Shown here: positions 36,706 through 45,686 of the stretch, in pieces | Position numbering within the stretch: position 1 is the first letter of the stretch | Layout: each line of letters starts with the position of its first letter | NCBI GenBank assembly: GCA_020849795.1 | Contig: JADZFR010000022.1 | Location: 62,879 to 126,878, forward strand | Reading direction: 5' to 3' | DNA: 64,000 bases | Source of the DNA: Planctomycetota bacterium | GTDB taxonomy: Bacteria; Planctomycetota; UBA8742; UBA2392 | Notes under the pieces: generated by a model | Told to the model about the DNA's origin: nothing | What the model saw: only the letters and a program-made list of their open reading frames with translations | Database searches by the model: none | Made by a program: the position numbers and the translations under genes

Positions 36706-37707
36706 ATGCGCCTGCTGACGTGTGTGCTGCTGTTGGCCTGCCTTCCGCTTGCGGCGGAACCGTTGAAAGTCGGCGACGACGCCGCTGATTTCGCGCCAAG
36801 CAACTGGATCAACCCGCCGACGTTCACCAGCTTCGCCGAACTGCGCGGCGATGTGATTCTGCTGAAGACATGGGGCATCAGTAACGCCGAGTGCGTCAAG
36901 CAATTGCCCGAGATGAACGAGTACCACAAGAAGCCCGGATTGCACGTGGTGTCGCTGTACACCGAGGTTCACAAGTTTGAAGACCTGGAAGCCGCGGTGA
37001 CAAAGCACAAGATCGAGTACCCGATCGCGCTGGACAGCTTCTGGCCTGCGGGCTACCCGGGCGACGTGGTGCCCAACGTCTGGATTATCGGCACCGACGG
37101 CAAGGTCAAGTTCATCGGCACCGACTTCAAAGCCGCGCTGGATGAAGAACTTGCCAAGGTGACCTACCCCGGCCTGGGCAGGGACAAAATCGCAAAGGCC
37201 GCCGAAGAAGCCGTGATTCTGTTTGTGCAGGGCAAGTTTGCCGCAGCATACAAAGCCGCCGAAGCGATCACGTCCGAGGGTGCGGCCGACGACGCAGAAT
37301 GGATCATGAAGCGCATTGACGAGCGCGTGAAAACCTTGGCCAATCGCGCCGAAACCGCCGAGTCAGAACGGCGCTATGACGTTGCAAAGGCAGCATGGAA
37401 AGAGCTGGCGCGCTATGCGGGCATCGAAGACGCTGCGCAAGCCGCAGAGCGCCTGAAGAAGCTGAATGAAAGCGCAGAGGTAAAGAAAGAACAGTCGGCA
37501 AGGCGCGAACTGATCAAGTTGCAGTACGTGCTGGCAATGGCATTCCGCAAGATCAACAAGGATGACGCCGCCGAGCTTCGCAAGTTCCGCGAGCGCTCCA
37601 TGAACGACTACCAGAAGTTCGCCGAGAAGCACAAGGGCACAGCAGCAGGCGACATCGCCGCCGAGCGCGTGGAGAGCTTCAAGGAACTGCTGAAAGAGTC
37701 CGACTAG
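36706..37707 (+). CDS. Secreted thioredoxin-fold (TlpA/redoxin-like) protein with a degenerate active site + helical C-terminal domain
   Basis: ATG 36706 is preceded by GGAGA. Signal peptide MRLLTCVLLLACLPLAA. The redoxin layout is present, but WCxxC is replaced by TWGISNAEC. Confidence 0.6.
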   Translation: MRLLTCVLLLACLPLAAEPLKVGDDAADFAPSNWINPPTFTSFAELRGDVILLKTWGISNAECVKQLPEMNEYHKKPGLHVVSLYTEVHKFEDLEAAVTKHKIEYPIALDSFWPAGYPGDVVPNVWIIGTDGKVKFIGTDFKAALDEELAKVTYPGLGRDKIAKAAEEAVILFVQGKFAAAYKAAEAITSEGAADDAEWIMKRIDERVKTLANRAETAESERRYDVAKAAWKELARYAGIEDAAQAAERLKKLNESAEVKKEQSARRELIKLQYVLAMAFRKINKDDAAELRKFRERSMNDYQKFAEKHKGTAAGDIAAERVESFKELLKESD

Positions 37708-37719
37708 CAGGGAACAGGC

Positions 37720-38994
37720 TCAGGCGTCGCGCAGGGCCACGGCCTGGCCGTAGTACCTGGGCTCAATCAGCGCCTTTACATGGACTTCGCTGTCTTCGTA
37801 CTCGAGGTTCAGGATCTTGCCGTGCTGCTGCAAGTAGGCGAGAAGGCGACCATTGCCGGCACTGAACGTCCAGTCCAGCCTGGTTTCGCGCTCCTCGACC
37901 ACGGCTTGCACGCGGCGTTCCAGCTCAGTCAAGCCGACGCCTGACTTGGCTGATACCTTCACGTGCTCAACGTACATGTTCTGCAAGTGCGTCACTTGCG
38001 GCTGATCCCGCACAAGGTCGATCTTGTTGAATACCATCAGCGTGCGCTTGTCGCCGGCGCCGATGTCCTTCAACACGCCGTTGACGGCTTCGACCATTTC
38101 CACGGCGCTGATGTGGCTGGCATCCACCACGTGCAGCAGCAGGTCGGCTTGCAGCACTTCTTCGAGCGTTGCATGAAAACTGGCAACCAGCCTGTGCGGA
38201 AGATTGCGAATGAAGCCTACGGTGTCGCTGAGCAGCACCTTGTGGTCGGGCAACTTCCAGACGCAGGTACGTGTGTCCAGCGTGGCGAACAGCTTGTCCT
38301 CGGCCAGCACGCCTTCCTGCGTCAAGGCATTCATCAGCGTGCTTTTGCCGGCGTTGGTGTATCCGACGATCGCCACCTGGAACAACTCGTTGCGGCGCTC
38401 CACTTCGATGTGGCGGCGGCGCCTGATCTGCTCAAGTTCAGCTTTCAGGGCGCTGATGCGGTCGCGCAGCAGGCGGCGGTCGGTTTCAATCTGGCGCTCG
38501 CCGGCGCCGCCGACGGCCCCCAAACTGCCGCGCTGGCGTTCAAGGTGCGTCCACAAGTTCTTCAGTCGGGGCAGCTCGTACTCGGCTTGGGCCAGTTGCA
38601 CCTGCACCTTGGCCTGGCGTGTGCGGGTATGCTGGCCGAAAATGGTCAAGATCAGCTCTGTGCGGTCAAGCACACTGACCTTGATCTCTTCTTCAAGTGC
38701 ATCCTGCTGGTTCGGGCGTAACTCGTTGTCAAAGACGACAAGCTTGGCGCCGGTTTCGAGCACCAGGTCTGCCACTTCGACTACTTTGCCTTTGCCGATG
38801 TAAGTTCGCGGGCTGATTTTCTGCACGTTCTGGTACACCTTGCCCACGACCTGCAGGCCGGCGGTTTCGGCCAGTGCCTCGAGTTCATCGAGCGGGTCAT
38901 CGCCAAAGGGTTCGTCATCCGGCAGCACCGCACTGACCAGTACAGCCGGCAGGGCATCGTACTTGAGGTTGTCCAGGATGGTTCTGTCAGTCAT
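37720..38994 (-). CDS. hflX: GTPase HflX
   Basis: HflX N-domain (ELEALAETAG..VVG...Q....P.TYIGKGKV.E) and G-domain with GYTNAGKST and DTVGFI. Start trimmed to ATG 38994. Confidence 0.9.
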   Translation of the reverse strand: MTDRTILDNLKYDALPAVLVSAVLPDDEPFGDDPLDELEALAETAGLQVVGKVYQNVQKISPRTYIGKGKVVEVADLVLETGAKLVVFDNELRPNQQDALEEEIKVSVLDRTELILTIFGQHTRTRQAKVQVQLAQAEYELPRLKNLWTHLERQRGSLGAVGGAGERQIETDRRLLRDRISALKAELEQIRRRRHIEVERRNELFQVAIVGYTNAGKSTLMNALTQEGVLAEDKLFATLDTRTCVWKLPDHKVLLSDTVGFIRNLPHRLVASFHATLEEVLQADLLLHVVDASHISAVEMVEAVNGVLKDIGAGDKRTLMVFNKIDLVRDQPQVTHLQNMYVEHVKVSAKSGVGLTELERRVQAVVEERETRLDWTFSAGNGRLLAYLQQHGKILNLEYEDSEVHVKALIEPRYYGQAVALRDA

Positions 38995-39160
38995 GGCAAA
39001 GGTCCAGTCAATGCAGCATAACGGGGCAAGGTTGCATGCGGATACCGGAATCAGGGAATTGAGTCCAGCGCCGGCTACCCCAAAACCGGCACCGAATTCC
39101 GCCAACACATCGGTCAGACCAAGCGTATAAATCGAAAGCGTTGCGCCCGGAGGAAACAGA

Positions 39161-41053
39161 GTGGCCATAGCCATTTACATCGAGTACCCGCGCATTTCTG
39201 CCGTGCAGATCACGGGCAGCAAGCGCCACCCGCGCATCAAGAGTGTCTGGGTCGGCACGATGGCCGATGCGCGCAACGAAGACGGCACTCCAGTGGCCGA
39301 CCGGCAAGCCTGGCTGAACGTGCAGGTCGGTGAGTTTGTGAAACAGAACAAGCTTGGCGGCAAGGTGTATCTGGTGGTCGGGCCTGAGGGCATGCGCTAC
39401 CGGGACATTCATCTTGCGTTCACCGACAAGCGCCAGATCGGCCGTGTGCTGCCGTTCCAGGTTGAGGCCGTGATCCCCAACGTCCCGGTTGAGGACATGG
39501 CGCTTGGATACAACGTGCTGCGCAGCGAGGGCGAGAGTTCGCACCTGCTGGTCCATGCCGCCGACAAAGAGTACGTACGCTCGCGCATTACGGCCCTTGA
39601 GGCCGCGGGCTTGGCGGTCGAGGGGGCGGACAGCCACCTTTCCGGCACGATGAACCTGGGCCTGATGCATCCCGAGCTGGGCGCAGACAAACCACCTGCG
39701 CTCTGGCTGGACTTTGCCGGAACGATTGCGACCGTTTCAGAAGTTCACGAAGGCGAGGAATACGCGGCCCGCGTGTTCTTGAGCCCATACCTGTCAGGTG
39801 CCCACGGCGGCACCGCAGGAGCGGAAGATGCCAAAGAGGCCGCGCGCAAGGCGCAGCTTGAGGCCGAGGCGCGAGCCCGCGAGTTTGCGGGCAGCACAGA
39901 CTCGGTGAAGCTGCCCGAAGCGGAAAGCGTGAACATCGGCGAGCAGGAAGTCGCCGAGCGCATCAAGCATATGAGCCGCGACGAACTGCTGAAGTTCCTG
40001 AACCGTGTGGCAGTTGAGGCGCGGCGCACCATCCTGATGAGCAACCCGATTGCCGAGCCGACGCGGCTCGTGGTTTCGGGGCTCGGCGGCGCCGGCGAAC
40101 AGCTGGCCCAGTTGCTTGGCAACGAACTGGCAATCACCGATTGCATTGCCATTGACCTGCTGCACACGATCAACACCGGCAAAGACGGCAAAGCTGACGT
40201 GACGTTGCCGGATGCCGGGGAGATGAGCTACCTGGCTGGTGTCGCGCTCAAGGGCGTGGGCCCGGACTACACGCAGATCAACTTCCGGTACGGTGACCTG
40301 GCGCCGGGCACGCTGTTCGACTACGCCAAGACGCCGCTGGCGTTTACCGCCACACTGGTGCTGTTGTTCTCGGGTATTCTGTTCTTGATGAGCTGGACGC
40401 ATAAGCGCCAGTACGAGCGCGGCATCTTTGATCTGCGCGACCGCGAGCAGGGGCCGGAGTATTTCTTCAAAAAGGCATACGCATACGCGCCGACCGACAA
40501 GACCAAGTTCGACAAGGACCAGGAGAAGAATCGGTCGTACTCAGTGATTGAGGACGACCCAGCGCAGGAAATCACCAACGCCCACAAGAAGCTGCAGGAA
40601 CACCAGAAGTTCCTGATGGGCGAAACTACCGACAACTATCTGCGCCCGCACCGCGCCGACCAGATTCTGGTTGAGGTGTTCAAGGCCATCCAGGCGGCCG
40701 GCCCGAGTTACGACTTCACGCTACTGAACCTGAACATCTCGGGCACCAGTGTGACGGTTGACTTCTTCTCGTCGCTCACGGAAGACCAGAAAGAGCGCGA
40801 CAAGATGGTCAAGGACAAGAAGCTCGCCCCTGAGTTCAAGGACTTGGCCGAAGTGGACCGCGTGCTGGCGGCATTCCGCGCGCTTGCCACCGCGCACCCC
40901 AACTGGTTTGACGGCGACCCACGACAGGACCCGCCCGGCAAGCCCGTGGACGGCCCGCAAGGCAGGCAGGCACGCCAGGTAAAGATTACGCTGACCCTGA
41001 AAAAGCCGACGCCGCCAAAGACCACCGCTGCGCCCAAAGGAGAGAAGAAGTAA
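39161..41053 (+). CDS. PilM-like actin-fold domain fused to a TM segment and a large periplasmic region (GspL / PilM-PilN-like)
   Basis: GTG 39161 is preceded by GGAGG. The N-terminus has the PilM pattern (VLPFQVEAVIPNVPVEDMALGYNVL...LLVHAADKEYVRSRITALEAAGLAVEGADS). TM segment LAFTATLVLLFSGILFLMSW around residue 390. Confidence 0.6.
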   Translation: MAIAIYIEYPRISAVQITGSKRHPRIKSVWVGTMADARNEDGTPVADRQAWLNVQVGEFVKQNKLGGKVYLVVGPEGMRYRDIHLAFTDKRQIGRVLPFQVEAVIPNVPVEDMALGYNVLRSEGESSHLLVHAADKEYVRSRITALEAAGLAVEGADSHLSGTMNLGLMHPELGADKPPALWLDFAGTIATVSEVHEGEEYAARVFLSPYLSGAHGGTAGAEDAKEAARKAQLEAEARAREFAGSTDSVKLPEAESVNIGEQEVAERIKHMSRDELLKFLNRVAVEARRTILMSNPIAEPTRLVVSGLGGAGEQLAQLLGNELAITDCIAIDLLHTINTGKDGKADVTLPDAGEMSYLAGVALKGVGPDYTQINFRYGDLAPGTLFDYAKTPLAFTATLVLLFSGILFLMSWTHKRQYERGIFDLRDREQGPEYFFKKAYAYAPTDKTKFDKDQEKNRSYSVIEDDPAQEITNAHKKLQEHQKFLMGETTDNYLRPHRADQILVEVFKAIQAAGPSYDFTLLNLNISGTSVTVDFFSSLTEDQKERDKMVKDKKLAPEFKDLAEVDRVLAAFRALATAHPNWFDGDPRQDPPGKPVDGPQGRQARQVKITLTLKKPTPPKTTAAPKGEKK

Positions 41054-41640
41054 TGGCCGAGCAAGAGGGCAGCAAAGCGATGTCGATCTACATCGTGGCG
41101 TGCTTCGCGCTCGCCATGGTTGCGTTGATCGGCTACAAATTTACCAATGACCAGCGCGATACGCTGTCGGGCGACTACGTGGCCGCGGCGGGCAAGTTCG
41201 CCGACATCAGCGTGGCATACTCACCCAACATTGGCGACTACTACTACAAAGTGAAGCAGGAGATCATTAAGCCGCCCGACCGCGAAATGATGAACAACAC
41301 TCACGTCACGATGCGTTCCATCGCGGCGGAGCTGAACATCCAGGAAACGGACAACCGCTTCAACGTGACGCCGGGCCGGGGCGAGCCCAAGAAGGTCGGC
41401 AAAGAGCGCTACCTTGAGTACAAGTGCAAGGTCACGCTGGACTCCGTGACGCAGACCGAGTGGACCGCATTCCTGCAGAACGCGCTACAGGCAACCGACA
41501 AGTACGCCGTGACCCAATCGATCAGCATTGAGCGCAAGCAGCGCACGTTTGGCAAAGTCGATATCGTCAAGGGCAACGACCTTTCGCAGTGGAAGGTCAC
41601 GATCGAGTTTGTCTGGTTCGGCCCGGAAAGGGCCACTTAG
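41053..41640 (+). CDS. Bitopic membrane protein, possible PilO/GspM analogue
   Basis: Start overlaps the upstream stop (TAATG). N-terminal TM segment IYIVACFALAMVALIGY. The assignment rests on position only. Confidence 0.4.
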   Translation: MAEQEGSKAMSIYIVACFALAMVALIGYKFTNDQRDTLSGDYVAAAGKFADISVAYSPNIGDYYYKVKQEIIKPPDREMMNNTHVTMRSIAAELNIQETDNRFNVTPGRGEPKKVGKERYLEYKCKVTLDSVTQTEWTAFLQNALQATDKYAVTQSISIERKQRTFGKVDIVKGNDLSQWKVTIEFVWFGPERAT

Positions 41641-41651
41641 ACGCCACGCCG

Positions 41652-43064
41652 CTACTTCGACAGGTCGCGGATGCGGACCTTCTGGCCCTCGCGCAGCAAC
41701 GTCTGGCCGCGCACTACAATCAGGTCCCCTTCTTTCACATCCGGCGCGGGTGGGCGCCCGGCACCCTTGCCTGCGCCCTTCTCGGCACCGGCATCCGGCT
41801 TTGGCTTGCGTGCGGGAGCTTTCAACTCAATCGCGCCCTCACTGGAAATGCCGCGGCGGCTGCTGATGTCCATGGCACGCGCGACACCCGTATCCGGCGC
41901 GTCTTTGTCCGGTGTCACGACCCAGATCATCTCGGTGTCTCCGACCACGGCTGCGCCGGGAATGAGCAGTGCGTTCTCGATGTGTTCGGTGGCAATGCGA
42001 GCATCGACCCACATGCCCGGCCGCAGGGAAAGGTTGCCCGAGCCCTGCACGGTGTTCAGCACAGCTTTGCGCGAGTCTCGATCAAGCTGGTTCAGCAGCG
42101 GCGCGTGCAGTTTCTCGTCCATGCTGCCGGGCTGGATCACGCGCACCGTCACGACCACCATGCCGCGGGCCTGGTCCACCGTGGGCGAGATGCGGTCTAC
42201 ATAGCCAAGAAAGCGGCCCTGCGGAAATGCGGTGATGGAAAGCAGCGCGGCTTGCGCGCTGTCGATGCGTACTTTGTCTTCGAGCGCCAGCACGCTGATA
42301 CCGGGTGTGCGGGTGGGCTCGCGCAGCGCTGACAGGCGCGCCTCTGCGACGTCAAGCTTGACCTCAAGCACCGAAAAGTCGGCAATCCGGAACACCAGCG
42401 CGTTGCCGCTGACCAGTTCATTCGCGCGCAGGTTGCGTTCCGTGATTACGCCGCTGATCGGTGCGAGGATGCTGGTATGGCTGAGCCGCATGGCTGCAGC
42501 CGCAACTTCGCCACGTGACTTGGTCAGGGACAGGTTGCTTGATTCAAGCGCGTTGCGGGCCTTGTCGTACTCAAGCTTGGCGGCTTCGTAGGCTTCTTTG
42601 CTGAAGAGCTTTGACGCCTCGGGATTGTTGGGGTCAAAATACTTTTCGATGCGCTCAAGCTCGGATTTGCGCTTGGTCAGGTCCAGCTGGTTCTTGCTGT
42701 GGACAAGTTCAGCTTCCTGCAGCGCGATTTCTGATGCGCGCAGGCCCAGCAGCAGTTCGTCGGACTTCAGGCGGGCGAGCAGTGTGCCCTGCTCTACGTA
42801 ATCGCCGACTTCATGGTGAACCTCAATCGCCACCTCTGAAACCTGCGCATACACATCAGCGAGATTGTGCGCCTCGACGCGGCCCGTGCTGCGTTCCAGC
42901 GTGGGAATGGAGCCGCGCCACGCGGGCACAACTTCCACCAGTGGGTCGCGCTTTTCTTCGTCGCCGCCTTTGCCCCAGCCGCCCTTGCCACCGAAATCGC
43001 CGCCGCCGCACGCTGCCGACAGAAATGCTAGAGAGCCCAACAACAGGATTGACCAACTTCTCAT
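41652..43064 (-). CDS. Efflux transporter periplasmic adaptor (MFP/HlyD family)
   Basis: Signal/lipobox-like SLAFLSAACGG. Barrel-sandwich and coiled-coil hairpin pattern, with a C-terminal DLIVVRGQTLLREGQKVRI. Confidence 0.8.
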   Translation of the reverse strand: MRSWSILLLGSLAFLSAACGGGDFGGKGGWGKGGDEEKRDPLVEVVPAWRGSIPTLERSTGRVEAHNLADVYAQVSEVAIEVHHEVGDYVEQGTLLARLKSDELLLGLRASEIALQEAELVHSKNQLDLTKRKSELERIEKYFDPNNPEASKLFSKEAYEAAKLEYDKARNALESSNLSLTKSRGEVAAAAMRLSHTSILAPISGVITERNLRANELVSGNALVFRIADFSVLEVKLDVAEARLSALREPTRTPGISVLALEDKVRIDSAQAALLSITAFPQGRFLGYVDRISPTVDQARGMVVVTVRVIQPGSMDEKLHAPLLNQLDRDSRKAVLNTVQGSGNLSLRPGMWVDARIATEHIENALLIPGAAVVGDTEMIWVVTPDKDAPDTGVARAMDISSRRGISSEGAIELKAPARKPKPDAGAEKGAGKGAGRPPAPDVKEGDLIVVRGQTLLREGQKVRIRDLSK

Positions 43065-43672
43065 GAGGCAATGCTTTCTGATGTGACACGCGCGATAAGA
43101 GACATCGCGTGGGCCAGTCGATCAAGCGTCAATTTCCCACCCTGTGATTCTACGGGCGGCACATGGATAAAGCCGTAAGGAATCCGCTCACGAAACGCAA
43201 GCGCACCCCCGTAAAACAGATGATTGCATAGGTAGGCCCCTGCGTCATCCGATGATTGGGCATTGAACCCAGCGCCTTGCAGTGCACCGATCAAAGCGGA
43301 CATGGGTAGCGTGCTTTGCAGCACAGGCGGTGAACCCTCATCAATCGGCATGGCTGCGCGCACGATGCCGGCGTTGTCTGGCTTTCCCGCGCCATCGCGA
43401 TTGCGCGCCGTGGTTTCAACGTAAATCACTTCGGCGCCGCGACCCTTGATGCCTCCGTGCAGACCAAAACTCACAACGGCTTGCGGTTGGTGCTCATGCA
43501 CAGCGCGGGCCAGCGCGTCATAGGCGCCGGCATAGGTCACCGGTATGCGCGCGAACACCACTTCAAGGCTGTCGAACAGGCCCAGGTTTTCCGCGCGCTG
43601 CAACGCATCCCACGACGGGTTGGCAGACCAGTCGCCAAAGGGTTCAAAACCTGTCAGCAGGACGCGTTTCAT
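43061..43672 (-). CDS. pcp: Pyroglutamyl-peptidase I (peptidase C15)
   Basis: MKRVLLTGFEPFGDWSANPSW N-terminus. Catalytic Cys context DDAGAYLCNHLFY. HVP near the C-terminus. Confidence 0.85.
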   Translation of the reverse strand: MKRVLLTGFEPFGDWSANPSWDALQRAENLGLFDSLEVVFARIPVTYAGAYDALARAVHEHQPQAVVSFGLHGGIKGRGAEVIYVETTARNRDGAGKPDNAGIVRAAMPIDEGSPPVLQSTLPMSALIGALQGAGFNAQSSDDAGAYLCNHLFYGGALAFRERIPYGFIHVPPVESQGGKLTLDRLAHAMSLIARVTSESIAS

Positions 43673-44076
43673 TCGGTCTTCGTGCTGCGGTCGATCTGAA
43701 ACGCGATGATCTTCCAGCCTTCCGGGTACTTTCGCAGCCCAAAGTGCACGACCCAGTCGCCTGTGCCTTTCACCTTGGCTGGGGCCAGGCGCACATCATC
43801 GAACCCGTCGCGTTCGGTCAGTTGTCCGCCATCGCCATGATCCAGACCCTTGTAGTTGCGGAAAAGTTCCGCGAAGTCCGGATTGTTGGCGATACGATCA
43901 AGTGTGTCGCGGTTGAGCGCGCTTTCGTCGCACATTTCCCACGCACCGTTCAGGTCCGCACGGGCCAGCCTTTGCATGAAGTTGTCAGCAAAGTTGCGGC
44001 TGGCATTCAGGTCAAAGGCCGCCGAGCAACCACTCAGCACGAATGGAATGATGGAAATTGCGATCAGGCGGCGCAT
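43669..44076 (-). CDS. Lipoprotein, unknown function
   Basis: ATG 44076 is preceded by GAGGGAAG. MRRLIAISIIPFVLSGC lipobox. The track ORF extends to 44289. Confidence 0.5.
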   Translation of the reverse strand: MRRLIAISIIPFVLSGCSAAFDLNASRNFADNFMQRLARADLNGAWEMCDESALNRDTLDRIANNPDFAELFRNYKGLDHGDGGQLTERDGFDDVRLAPAKVKGTGDWVVHFGLRKYPEGWKIIAFQIDRSTKTE

Positions 44077-44118
44077 CCAGCTTCCCTCAATGACCCCGTA
44101 TGAGTTATAGCGGCAGCC

Positions 44119-44871
44119 ATGGCACATAGAACCCTCAGCGGTCTGCATATCGCGCTGACGCGCGAAAGCGAAGCCAACGCAGAACTGGCGGGAATTCTGG
44201 GCCAGCAGGGCGCCGTGGTGCACGACTGTCCGCTGATTCGGATTGTACCGCCGGACGACCCGGCGCCGCTGCTGCATGCCTTGCAGCATGTCGACGAGTA
44301 CGATTGGCTGGTCTTGACCAGCGTTAATGCCGCGCGCGCGACGCTAAGCCGGGCAAAGCCGTCGCCTGCTTTGCGGATTGCCTGTGTGGGCAGCACCACG
44401 TCGGCCTTCGTGGCATCGCACGGACTGCAGGTCACGTTGCAGCCGGAACGCGCACACTCCAAGGGCATGCTTGAAGCGTTGGCCGGGGTGGGGGTGCAGG
44501 GCGCCAGCGTGCTGTGGCCTCGGGGCGGCGCTGCGCCCACGACGCTGAAGGATGGCCTGCAGGCGCTTGGAGCGGTCGTCGATGACCCGGTCGCGTATGG
44601 CAACGTGCCGGACGTTACCGGCCTGGAGTCGCTGTCGAGCTTGCTGCGGGCGGGCACCTTGCAAGCGATTGCCTTTGCGAGTTCCAGCGCAGCTGAAAAT
44701 GCCGCAGCCGCGCTCGTCGACGGGCTGAGGCAGTTACGGATTTACAGCATCGGCCCCAGTACGTCGCGAACGCTGGAGGCAGCTGGGCTTCAGGTTGCCG
44801 GCGAAGCTGTCGATCATAGCGCGCGTGGGTTGGCTGACGTCATCATCGCCGGGGAGTCGCAGCGTGGTTGA
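44119..44871 (+). CDS. hemD: Uroporphyrinogen-III synthase
   Basis: HemD-like two-lobe pattern (L.G..I.LTR........L...G.....CPLI.I.P......L.......YDWL..TS.N.). Confidence 0.75.
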   Translation: MAHRTLSGLHIALTRESEANAELAGILGQQGAVVHDCPLIRIVPPDDPAPLLHALQHVDEYDWLVLTSVNAARATLSRAKPSPALRIACVGSTTSAFVASHGLQVTLQPERAHSKGMLEALAGVGVQGASVLWPRGGAAPTTLKDGLQALGAVVDDPVAYGNVPDVTGLESLSSLLRAGTLQAIAFASSSAAENAAAALVDGLRQLRIYSIGPSTSRTLEAAGLQVAGEAVDHSARGLADVIIAGESQRG

Positions 44872-45622
44872 GCCCGAACCAGCCGTAACCCAGCCGTCGA
44901 GGGCTCCCCGCGGCGGCTTGCTGGGGGTGCTGTTCTGGCCGTTGCGCCAGCTCAAGCGGTTGTATGCATGGATGGTGGGGTGGGCCGACACGAAGTGGGG
45001 CCTGCCGGTGATGCTGTTCGTGTCGTTTGCGGATTCAAGCTTTTTTCCGCTGCCGCCGGACCCGTTGCTCATCGCCATGTGCCTGGGCAAGCGCAAGCGT
45101 GCGCTGTGGTATGGCTTTGTTTGCACTGTCGCCAGCGTGATCGGTGGTGTAATCGGCTGGTTCATCGGGCAGGCACTGTTCGGCGTAGTGGATGATGTGG
45201 TGCGTGCGCTGGGTGCCGGCGCAAGCTGGTTCGGCACCGCAGAGTCTGCGGCAGGTCTGAGCGCTGAGCAGGTGGCGGCGCTGCCTCGTGAGGGCGAGAC
45301 GATCTTCTACCCCGACGGCTACTTCTACCTGGTGCAGCAGATGTTTGAGGAAAATGCGTTCTTGGCCTACTTCAGCGCGGCACTCAGCCCGATCCCGTAC
45401 AAGGTGTTCACGATTGCGGGCGGAGTGTTCAACGTCAGCCTCGCGGCGCTGGTCTCGGCCAGCGTGCTGGGCCGGGGATTGCGATTCTTCGGCATGGGCG
45501 TGCTGATCTATACGCTGGGCGACAAGGTGAAGCCGTTTCTCGAGAAGTACTTCGAGTGGATCACCATTGCCGTGGTTGTCCTGCTTGCGCTGTTCTTTGT
45601 GCTTGTTCGCTATGCATTGTGA
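44864..45622 (+). CDS. YqaA/DedA-family membrane protein
   Basis: FADSSFFPLPPDPLLIAM motif and a multi-TM layout. GTG 44864 has GGGGAG 8 nt upstream and overlaps the hemD stop. The start is uncertain (track ORF starts at 44795). Confidence 0.7.
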   Translation: MVEPEPAVTQPSRAPRGGLLGVLFWPLRQLKRLYAWMVGWADTKWGLPVMLFVSFADSSFFPLPPDPLLIAMCLGKRKRALWYGFVCTVASVIGGVIGWFIGQALFGVVDDVVRALGAGASWFGTAESAAGLSAEQVAALPREGETIFYPDGYFYLVQQMFEENAFLAYFSAALSPIPYKVFTIAGGVFNVSLAALVSASVLGRGLRFFGMGVLIYTLGDKVKPFLEKYFEWITIAVVVLLALFFVLVRYAL

Positions 45623-45627
45623 ATAGA

Positions 45628-45655
45628 CCGGGCCGCGTGATTGCGGCCCGGCTTT
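45628..45655. terminator. Intrinsic terminator between convergent genes
   Basis: ccgggccgc-gtgatt-gcggcccgg followed by cttt. Confidence 0.65.
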
Positions 45656-45686
45656 GTCAGCAATGAATGGCGCGTCGTCTTCGACG

